From Anaerolineae bacterium (GTDB taxonomy: Bacteria; Chloroflexota; Anaerolineae; SpSt-600), in NCBI GenBank assembly GCA_025062375.1, contig JANXAG010000002.1, forward strand, positions 2,101 to 66,100: a stretch of 64,000 nt of DNA. The letters are read 5' to 3'. The notes below the pieces were generated by a model, which worked only from the letters and a program-made list of their open reading frames with translations, had not been told where the DNA came from and did no database searches. This document shows positions 41,288 to 48,832 of this stretch, piece after piece. The first letter of the stretch is position 1. Every line of letters starts with the position of its first letter. The translations under genes were made by a program, and so were the position numbers.

Positions 41288-41419
41288 TTTTCCTCCCTCT
41301 TGTGGATGGTGGGATTCGTTCAAAGAAAATTAACCCTTAATTCGGAAAAAGGTTGCATTTCGGTGAAACCACCTGAGGGCTTTAAGGGTTTAAATTTAGA
41401 GAAACCTGAGAAGTGAGGA

Positions 41420-41776
41420 GTGGAGATGGAAGAGCTTCTGGACCGTTATACTGCGAGGATTCTGGCTGGCGACGAGAAAGGAGCAGATGAAATGCTGCGC
41501 CTTTTGCCCGCTGAGTTTGAAGAACTCAAAGAAATTATGGGTCTTGTGAAAGAGCTGAATTTGATTTACAGGCCCCTTAGGCCTTCCCTCAGTTTTCAAA
41601 ATAAACTCTTCAGCCTCATCAGGGCTAAGTTTAAGCCTTCGCCTTTAAAGGTCTTCGCCCAATGGGCTTGCGAGCACAAAAGGGCTCTGGCTATTGGCAC
41701 CGCTCTTGCCGGCTCGGCCTGTTCTCTGGTAGGACTAATTGTCTATTACGTCAAAGTTAAGAAGGCGGCGGCTTAA
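41420..41776 (+). CDS. Hypothetical protein with a C-terminal TM helix
   Basis: GAGGAG RBS, helical N-terminus, hydrophobic C-terminal segment followed by KKAAA. Confidence 0.65.
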   Translation: MEMEELLDRYTARILAGDEKGADEMLRLLPAEFEELKEIMGLVKELNLIYRPLRPSLSFQNKLFSLIRAKFKPSPLKVFAQWACEHKRALAIGTALAGSACSLVGLIVYYVKVKKAAA

Positions 41777-42314
41777 CTTCTGCCCATCTGGTGTAAAGCT
41801 TGTGCTCAATCCCTAAAACATCCAACACTTTTCCCACAATAAAATTGGTTATATCATCCACTGAGCGAGGCTTATGGTAATAGGCCACCATGGCGGGGAG
41901 AATTATACCCCCAGCTTGTTTTACCTTTCGCATGTTATCAATATCCATGAGTGAAAGGGGCGTTTCCCTTGGGACCAGGATAAGAGGCTTTCCCAATCTG
42001 AGAGCGTTCTCGGCTGCTCTTGTAATGAGATTGCTGGCATAGCCGTGAGCTATAGCTGCGAGGGTTTTCATGGAGCAGGGTATTACCACCATCGCATCTA
42101 TGAGGAAAGAAGAGCTGGCCAGGGGGGAGGAAAAATCATCCTCTTCGTAGGAATACGAGCAAGGGAGATAGACATTTTCCCCTAATTCCAGTCTTATAAC
42201 CTCTCTGGCGATTTTGGAAACTATAAGGTGGACCTCATGGTCTGAGAGATTTTCGAGCAATCTCAGAGCCAGTGGAGCTCCTGAAGCCCCGGTTACACCT
42301 ACCACGATCCGCAA
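41757..42314 (-). CDS. ubiX: Flavin prenyltransferase UbiX
   Basis: 'IVVGVTGASG', 'PCSMKTLAAIAHG', 'LVPRETPL'. TTG start at 42314 after GGAGG (the ORF track extends it into the tRNA). Confidence 0.93.
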   Translation of the reverse strand: MRIVVGVTGASGAPLALRLLENLSDHEVHLIVSKIAREVIRLELGENVYLPCSYSYEEDDFSSPLASSSFLIDAMVVIPCSMKTLAAIAHGYASNLITRAAENALRLGKPLILVPRETPLSLMDIDNMRKVKQAGGIILPAMVAYYHKPRSVDDITNFIVGKVLDVLGIEHKLYTRWAEVKPPPS

Positions 42315-42335
42315 GGTTTCCTCCCAATTAAAAGG

Positions 42336-42431
42336 CGGGGATGGATGGGAGTCGAACCCACCGTGGCCGCCTTTATGGCACCCACCTACGGTTTTGAAGA
42401 CCGCGGGGCCCACCGGGGCCCAACCACCCCC
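42336..42431 (-). tRNA. selC: tRNA-Sec (anticodon TCA)
   Basis: 8-bp acceptor GGGGGTGG/CCATCCCC, 6-bp D stem GGGCCC/GGGCCC with a 4-nt loop, anticodon loop CT-TCA-AA, long variable arm, 5-bp T stem with TTCGACT loop, G discriminator. Confidence 0.96.
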
Positions 42432-42442
42432 GCTTGATTGAA

Positions 42443-42471
42443 ATTATACCCCACCTCTCCAATTGAAGCAA
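42443..42471 (-). promoter_or_regulatory. Promoter of selC-ubiX
   Basis: Minus strand TTGCTT-17 nt-TATAAT, ending 11 nt before the tRNA. Confidence 0.75.
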
Positions 42472-42505
42472 GTGCAAAATCCATTAGAGCCTGCTACTGT
42501 GTTAT

Positions 42506-42735
42506 TGTAAGCGAAGCAATCTCCTGCCTGCACAGCGACCGGAGCCAGAACCCTTATCCCGAAAATCTGGGAGTATCTTCCCAAAACTTCCAAAAGGAAG
42601 CGATCAGCCACCCTTTGCAACCCGCCCACGAGTGGGACCCAAAACCGTGGCAAACCCTATGCCCACGAGGGCGGGGAAAAATCTTGGGGTGGAGGGGGGC
42701 GGAGCCCCTATCCCGGGGGTCTGGGGGTGTCCCCC
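42506..42735. repeat. Degenerate MITE/REP-like dispersed repeat, copy A
   Basis: Collinear blocks shared with 54332-54587: AGCGAAGCAATCTCCTG, AGGAAGCGATCAGCCA, AGTGGGAC..AACCGT, AATC.GGGGT; GC hairpins GGGGC-GGA-GCCCC and GGGGG-TGT-CCCCC. Confidence 0.7.
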
Positions 42736-42749
42736 AAAAATCTTAAACG

Positions 42750-44258
42750 TTAAACAGAGTAAAGAAGATCGAGGTAACGCTTCAGAAGCTCTCTTACCAT
42801 CCCCCGGAAAGGCAGAGAAGCTGCCATACCGTATATAGGGGCGATTTGCCCTTTTTCTAAAGGCTTAGCCTTCACCTCTTCAACAGCCTCTTTCAAGTCT
42901 TCGAGAAACCGCTCAGCCACGCCAGGCAGAGTGTGGCGAAGGGTGATGGCTATATGTACAGCTGGGGGGTTCTGCAACCCGTTTAAGTTCCACCCTTTCT
43001 TCGCCATCTTCTCCATGACACGATAGATATCAAATCCATCCGAAGCAAAAGCTATTATCCACAAAGGGTCGCCCAGCACCTTTAGCCCCGGGATAGATTC
43101 AATACCCTCGCGAATCTTATGGGCTGTTTCCAGAATGCGCCTTGTAGCCTCTATGTAGCCTTTTTCCCCCATTTTGAGCATTACTGCCCAGCAAACAGCT
43201 ATCAATGCTCCAGGGCGACTGCCAGCGATAGAAGGTGAAGCGTAAAGCCCACCGGGCCAGTCCGCAGCTACAAAGTACTGGTAGCGTCGCAGTTCCAGAT
43301 TGCGATACAGAACCACGGAAGTGCCTTTGGCAGCATAACCATACTTATGAGTATCAGCAGAAATGGAAGTGACGCCGGGAAGGCGAAAATCAAAGGGTGT
43401 CACTTTGTAGCCTAACTTCTCAGCCCAGGGAAGGATAAATCCTCCGAGGCAAGCGTCGGTATGGAAACCTATCCCATGTTCAAGGGCAATGCGTGAGAGC
43501 TCCGGTATAGGGTCTATTACTCCATGGGGATAAGAAGGGGCGGAACCAACAATTACCACTGTGTTGCGGTTTACAGCCTTGCGAGCGGCTTCAACATCAG
43601 CCTGGAAGTTTTTATCTACAGGTATACGCACAATTTTGTAGCCAAAGTAATGGGCAGCTTTCTCAAAAGCGGGGTGAGCGGTCACCGGCAGGACCATTTC
43701 AGGCCTGGTGATACCTTTCTTATCGCGCGCCCAATCCCGATATGTTTTCATAGCCATGAGTATACTTTCCGTCCCGCCGGAAGTTACTGTTCCGCACACG
43801 CGAGCGGAAGGGTCCATCCTCTCAGCTTCCTCAGCTCCCAGCATTCTGGCCGTCATGGCCACAATTTCTGCCTCATACTTTATCGTGCTGGGCCAGAGAT
43901 CAGCATGAAGGGGGTTGCTTTGAGAGTTGAGGGCATAGACCCGGCCTATGAAGTCTATGTGCTCTTCGGAGCCGTGGTAAACAGCCCCTGAAACATAGCC
44001 TTCTTTCCAGCGCCACTCCTCTCGGGCATTTAGCCTTTCCATAAGGCTGAAAATCTCCTCCGGACTCAGCCCCTCTTCAGGCAGGCGGGTGAAAGCCGGT
44101 ACATCTCTGTAAGGTTTCAGGGAATCCTCCAGGCTCGCTAAAAGATGTTCGTATTCTCTTTCCACCCGCTTTCTCAGAGCCGGAATTCGTTCCGAAGCCT
44201 TTTCTAAAAGGCGAGCCAAGCTTCTGGGAAGTAATCCGAGAAATTTCAAGGGCTCCAT
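42750..44258 (-). CDS. Sphingosine-1-phosphate lyase-like PLP enzyme (group II decarboxylase fold)
   Basis: 'W.EG.VSGAVY', 'NPLHADLWP', 'TSGGTESI', 'HTDACLGGF', PLP-Lys motif '[10 protein letters not shown]', 'WPGGLY.SP..AGSRPG'. Confidence 0.88.
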   Translation of the reverse strand: MEPLKFLGLLPRSLARLLEKASERIPALRKRVEREYEHLLASLEDSLKPYRDVPAFTRLPEEGLSPEEIFSLMERLNAREEWRWKEGYVSGAVYHGSEEHIDFIGRVYALNSQSNPLHADLWPSTIKYEAEIVAMTARMLGAEEAERMDPSARVCGTVTSGGTESILMAMKTYRDWARDKKGITRPEMVLPVTAHPAFEKAAHYFGYKIVRIPVDKNFQADVEAARKAVNRNTVVIVGSAPSYPHGVIDPIPELSRIALEHGIGFHTDACLGGFILPWAEKLGYKVTPFDFRLPGVTSISADTHKYGYAAKGTSVVLYRNLELRRYQYFVAADWPGGLYASPSIAGSRPGALIAVCWAVMLKMGEKGYIEATRRILETAHKIREGIESIPGLKVLGDPLWIIAFASDGFDIYRVMEKMAKKGWNLNGLQNPPAVHIAITLRHTLPGVAERFLEDLKEAVEEVKAKPLEKGQIAPIYGMAASLPFRGMVRELLKRYLDLLYSV

Positions 44259-44274
44259 AGTTTCCTCCTATTTC

Positions 44275-45849
44275 TCAAATTGGATTTAGGCGGTGGTAAA
44301 GGGGGCGGTTCCTGCGGTAAAATTCAATAAAAGTTTCAAAAATTTCGGAATAAATCCGCTGATTATCAGGATCAGGCTCAAAAGTTTTCACAACGGTTAC
44401 ATCTCTGGTACAGCTGGTCAGGTCAGACAGGCCAAGGGAGAGGCTTGCCAGGATTCCAAGGCCTCTCAGTCCGGCGGCTGCAGGATCTTTCACCTGGCGG
44501 ATGGGGCGTCCGAGGACGTCGGAAAAAATCTGGCACCATATGGCTGAAGAAGCCCCTCCTCCTATGATGTTAATTTCCCCCAATCTCCTTCCAATAAATC
44601 CTTCCACACAGGAAAGGAGCCACCGCAGGTTAAAGGCAACTCCTTCCATCACTGCTCTCACCATTTCGGCCCGTGTAGTGTTAAGGGAGAGGTTGAAGAA
44701 GCATCCCCGGAGGGAAGGGTCTTCCACTGGTGTGCGTTCCCCATAGAGCCATGGGGCAAAAATAACTCCGCCGCTTCCCGGCGGGGCAGAACTTGCAAGG
44801 TCCTCAAGTTTCTTGTAGGGATTTTCCGGCCAGGAGGCATCCTGCCCAAAGAAAAGGTTGAGAAGGAAAGTCAAGCATGAGCCAGCGCATTCCTGTTCGT
44901 TAGCGATGAAGTATCTTCCGGGTAGAGCTGAAGGCAGGGAACCCATGTTGTGTAACAGGTCCGTTTTCTTAAAGGGTACATGACAGGAAAGCCATGAAGA
45001 AGTTCCGACGTAAATGTGGGGCTCGTAGTCCCGCAGGGCTCCTGAACCCAGTATGGAAGCATGATAGTCGGGGGTGGAGATGACCACCGGGATTCCCGGA
45101 GGGAGCCCCAGTTCTTCAGCGGGGCCAGGCAGAAGAGGCCCGAGGACATGGGTAGTTGGGTAAAGGTCAGGAAGCTTTTCTTCCTCAATGCCCGCCAAAC
45201 GCATAAGTCGCTTGTCATACCGGACTTTCCAGATATTGCGGTTATCGGTTAGCCAGTGAAGGGCTATAGTGGCATAATCGGAAGCTATCTTTCCGGTTAA
45301 TCTAAGGTTGAAGTAGTCCTTGAGCTCAAGGAACTTGTAAGCCGCTCTGTAGATTTCCGGCCGCTCGTTCTTCAGGAAAAGGATATGTCCGATGGGGTCC
45401 TTTCCTGCGTGAGTTGGAATGCCGCCAGTGAGTCTCACCCATATGAAGATTTTATCAAGGCCGTATCCCTGGAGGTTAACAAGGCCCCGGGTTATTTCTC
45501 TCACATATGGAGCCCCTCTGGTATCCATCCACATTATTGTATTCCCGATAGGTTTACCGTCTCTGTCCACAGGAACAGTGGTGGACCATGGAGAAGTTAT
45601 AGCTATGGCGGCGATGCGCTCTGGGGGGAAGGGATATTCTTCCCACAAGCGGCGGATGGTGCTTGAAATCACGGCCCAGCATTCTTCAGGGTTCTGCTCA
45701 GCACCACCTTTCGGCAGGAAATAAAGTGGAGCCGACTTTTCGCTTTTAACCCAAGCTAGGACTTCACCGTAGGGGGTTACGAAACCGGCCTTGCAAGAGG
45801 TTGTTCCACTATCAACGGCAAGGATCAGATATCTGTCCTCCACCATCAT
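44275..45849 (-). CDS. FGGY-family carbohydrate kinase (xylulokinase-like)
   Basis: 'LAVDSGTTSCK', 'AEQNPEE.W', 'WMDTRG', 'GTSSW', 'GERTP', 'RAVMEGVA', 'GGGASS..WCQI'. Confidence 0.9.
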   Translation of the reverse strand: MMVEDRYLILAVDSGTTSCKAGFVTPYGEVLAWVKSEKSAPLYFLPKGGAEQNPEECWAVISSTIRRLWEEYPFPPERIAAIAITSPWSTTVPVDRDGKPIGNTIMWMDTRGAPYVREITRGLVNLQGYGLDKIFIWVRLTGGIPTHAGKDPIGHILFLKNERPEIYRAAYKFLELKDYFNLRLTGKIASDYATIALHWLTDNRNIWKVRYDKRLMRLAGIEEEKLPDLYPTTHVLGPLLPGPAEELGLPPGIPVVISTPDYHASILGSGALRDYEPHIYVGTSSWLSCHVPFKKTDLLHNMGSLPSALPGRYFIANEQECAGSCLTFLLNLFFGQDASWPENPYKKLEDLASSAPPGSGGVIFAPWLYGERTPVEDPSLRGCFFNLSLNTTRAEMVRAVMEGVAFNLRWLLSCVEGFIGRRLGEINIIGGGASSAIWCQIFSDVLGRPIRQVKDPAAAGLRGLGILASLSLGLSDLTSCTRDVTVVKTFEPDPDNQRIYSEIFETFIEFYRRNRPLYHRLNPI

Positions 45850-45980
45850 GGTTTCCCTCCTGGCCCCTTTGCCAGCTCTGAACTAAAATTTACCTCCTGC
45901 TTTGGAGGCCTCGTCGTGGCGGTTTCAGGAAAACCTGCTATCTTCTGCGAAGTTCTATTCCTCTCGCCCTTCTCTAAGGG

Positions 45981-46421
45981 CTATTTAGATTTGGAAAATT
46001 TAAGAGGCCTTATGCCGTTGTAGACTTTCCCTGCGGTTAGGATGCGGAGAATACGGTAAGGGTCTCTGGTCCCTATTTTGTCCCCGTATTTTTCAGCCAA
46101 CTCCGCTGCTGAAAGGGGTTCGTTGCGGTTGGTTAAAAATATCCGGAAAACAGCTGTAGTGATGGGTAATTCAGGGCTTATATAATCAGGTTTCTGGCTA
46201 CAGCACGCTACAAGGGTTTCCCAGAGGCCGTTCAATTGCCTTACTTCCGCTGTCTCAGGATCTATCCAATCAATAAAGACGACTTTGTCAAAATCCCTAA
46301 AACGTTCCTTGCATTCCGGACACAACTCCTCGTAAAGGAAGTAGTTGAAATCTTTGCCTTCTTTTTCCCACCAGTCCAGGTCTATATGAAGCTTAGTGTC
46401 AACGCTCACCAACCCTTTCAT
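45981..46421 (-). CDS. Hypothetical protein: Cys-rich N-terminal half plus C-terminal winged-helix-like segment
   Basis: ATG 46421 after GAGG; 'HIDLDWW', 'LCPEC', 'CCS', 'AVFRIFLTNRNEPLSAAELAE'. Confidence 0.75.
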   Translation of the reverse strand: MKGLVSVDTKLHIDLDWWEKEGKDFNYFLYEELCPECKERFRDFDKVVFIDWIDPETAEVRQLNGLWETLVACCSQKPDYISPELPITTAVFRIFLTNRNEPLSAAELAEKYGDKIGTRDPYRILRILTAGKVYNGIRPLKFSKSK

Positions 46422-46432
46422 TTTCCCAACCT

Positions 46433-48016
46433 CTAAATTTTGCTTTCGTCGAAGGACCAATAGCCGCTGCCTTTGTATATAAAGCACGGATGGGTGTTCA
46501 GCTCAGCCAGGAGGGGAGCAGGTGGACACCGCTTTATGAAGTTAACCGCCGTGTAGAGAGTTAGGAAGTGGACCGTGCCCTGGGGGCTGAGTTTCAAAAG
46601 TTCGGGGAATATTTGCACCAGGACTTCGTAGAGACTTCTGGCGCTTGCATCCAATTTCCGCTTAATAGCGTCTATTTTCTCCCTGTCCCCATCCACGATC
46701 ATCATGAGCTCATCAAAATCGCAGGTAAGCTGTCTGAGCTGGATTTCAAAGGTGAGGCGTTCATTCTGCACCCGCGCCACTTTTACCCAGTCCTTTTTAA
46801 TACGTCGTGGGGTATATCTCACGATTACCTCTGTAGGCCCCCTGCCTTTAGTGAGGGTTATGTAAGTTCCAGCCATAGCTCCTATCTTTTCGTACCAATC
46901 CTTCAATCCTGCCACGTATTTCCGGGCATGCAGGGCCCAGCCGTAGAACTTCTCCCCTTTTACCCCATCTATAAAGTTTATAAGGGTTACGTCGGATTCG
47001 CCTTCGGGGAAGAAGGGGGCTGTCCTGGGGGTTATGGGCAGAGTGCCTGCCCTTAAATGGTGATAGGGCAAGGCTATGGTGACATTATCTCCCGTTTTTA
47101 CGGACGGCAGGAAAGAGTCCCATTCGGTAGCTTCATCCTCTATTTTCAGGATAATTTCCACCAGTTCACGGGCAAGAGCTTCTTTTTTATAGGGCAGAGG
47201 CAAATAAACGAGTCTTTCGGATTCCTGGGCCACTTCGGGGGGCTCAAAACGCCGCAGGAACCACATGGGCTGGCCTTTAGGCCCTACCTGAGAAAAGCGC
47301 TTATCTTGAGCCATGGCTATATTGAGAGAGAAAATCTGGAGGTTTGTGGGGTATGAGCTGGGAAGTTCCAGGTGCTTGAGGATCTCTGTGGGGCTCAGAG
47401 GCCGCTGAGCTACTTCTATAGCCGCTTCGGCTATGTTGAGGTGGCCTTCATGGATTTCAGGCATAAGAGCTCTCAGGAACCACAAATTGCCAAAGGATAC
47501 GAATTCTTCTTCCGAAGAAAGCTTCCTGGTGATGGCAGAACCTATGACGTGGCCATAGCGTTCAACAAAGGCATTAATATCAATCCCATAGCGAGCAAGC
47601 CAATCCTCCAGGGTTTCCTGGTCAAGCTTGTGGGGCTTTTTTAGAGAGGAGGCGAATTCTTTGACCTCACCACCATCGGAAAATTTGACCTTTATAACTT
47701 CAAATTCTCCGTAATCGGGATTATAGCCAGGCCTTACCCCCAAAACAGTAGCCCTGGCGAAACCGAAGGAGGGGAAGAAAATTTCTTGCCCTGTCTTATA
47801 GGAATTGCTCGGTCTGTAAATTAAACCCTCTTCCTCCAGCTTCGCCAGCTTCTCTTTCTGCTTTTCCCTTGCTCTTTCAACCAAAGCCAGAACAAGCTCT
47901 TCTAAGGGTAAGGGTTTGCCTTTTTCCAGGATAAGCTCGTATAATAGCTCAATATCTTCGTGCTTTAGCTCAAAATCTTCCCATCCGGATTGCTCCAGCA
48001 ACATTAAGCCCTCCAC
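46433..48016 (-). CDS. Large hypothetical protein with repeated winged-helix-like (RNAP delta/HARE-like) segments and a B3-like barrel
   Basis: 527-aa ORF with its own promoter (alternative ATG at 48004). Domain reading is by eye; see findings. Confidence 0.8.
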   Translation of the reverse strand: MEGLMLLEQSGWEDFELKHEDIELLYELILEKGKPLPLEELVLALVERAREKQKEKLAKLEEEGLIYRPSNSYKTGQEIFFPSFGFARATVLGVRPGYNPDYGEFEVIKVKFSDGGEVKEFASSLKKPHKLDQETLEDWLARYGIDINAFVERYGHVIGSAITRKLSSEEEFVSFGNLWFLRALMPEIHEGHLNIAEAAIEVAQRPLSPTEILKHLELPSSYPTNLQIFSLNIAMAQDKRFSQVGPKGQPMWFLRRFEPPEVAQESERLVYLPLPYKKEALARELVEIILKIEDEATEWDSFLPSVKTGDNVTIALPYHHLRAGTLPITPRTAPFFPEGESDVTLINFIDGVKGEKFYGWALHARKYVAGLKDWYEKIGAMAGTYITLTKGRGPTEVIVRYTPRRIKKDWVKVARVQNERLTFEIQLRQLTCDFDELMMIVDGDREKIDAIKRKLDASARSLYEVLVQIFPELLKLSPQGTVHFLTLYTAVNFIKRCPPAPLLAELNTHPCFIYKGSGYWSFDESKI

Positions 48017-48051
48017 AGCCTTTCCGCCTTTTTTCCGACAGAAACCGCTTA

Positions 48052-48080
48052 ATTATACTAATTTTCCAGCCTTAAGGCAA
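48052..48080 (-). promoter_or_regulatory. Promoter of the hypothetical gene pair
   Basis: Minus strand TTGCCT-17 nt-TATAAT. Confidence 0.75.
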
Positions 48081-48564
48081 CTTCCCGTGGTCCATCACGC
48101 AAAACGTTACCGCACTTTACCTAAGGGCAGGATGGACGTGGAAGATTATCAATACCTGCGCTGGATGAAAAACGAGACCACAAGGCCAACTGTCGGGGGT
48201 GCAGCCCGTAAACGCGGCGTGGCCCTGCCTGGGGCCCTGACAACCGAGTCATTGTCGCCACAGTCGCTCAGGCTCTGCGGATGGCAGGTCACCCTGGTCC
48301 AGCGAAGAGTTAGCCCAGATAATTCCTCTTCCCCGCTCTTCCAGATATGTTAACCTCTGGCGGCGAGACATGCCGATGTTTCGCTACCCGGACAATGGCT
48401 TTGCCTTTTCCGACGCCCACCTGATTCTCTCCACCATGGGTGGCTTGCGTGCAACCTGTTGGGATGCGAACGCCTGGACGCCTGAATTGTATCTATGAGG
48501 GGGTTCCATTGCATTTCAATTTTTCTGGTTTGCTCCCTTGTATGAAAATGGTATAATATAATAA

Positions 48565-48806
48565 AAGCGACGAACGGGAGGAGTAGGCGGGGGGAGGCGC
48601 CAGAGAGGGAGGGTCGGCGGCTGTAAACCCTCCTCGCTCAAAGCCCGCCGAAGGTCGCCCGGGAGCTGGGGGGATGAAAGGTAAGTAGTCCTTCACGGGG
48701 AAGGGCCCGTTACAGCCCAGAAGTGCCACCTCACCTGAGGGTGGAAGCAAGGTGGTACCGCGGAAGGCTCATGCCCCTTCCGTCCTTGCGGCGGAAGGGG
48801 TTTTTT
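48565..48806 (+). promoter_or_regulatory. T-box riboswitch (Val specifier GUC) with terminator
   Basis: AGTA, AGAGA and GGCTG stem-I motifs; specifier GTC at 48654-56; T-box AAGGTGGTACCGCG at 48749-62; terminator CCCCTTCCG/CGGAAGGGG + T6; extended -10 TGGTATAAT upstream. Confidence 0.93.
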
Positions 48807-48832
48807 AATAATCGGCTCAAGGAGGGTGAAAG

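Noticed and set aside
41300-42336. Genomic island integrated at selC (or at tRNA-Gln)
   Set aside because: No integrase and no duplicated tRNA 3' end noticed; flanking genes are housekeeping.
42315-42413. N-terminal extension of ubiX
   Set aside because: It is a translation of the tRNA-Sec sequence.
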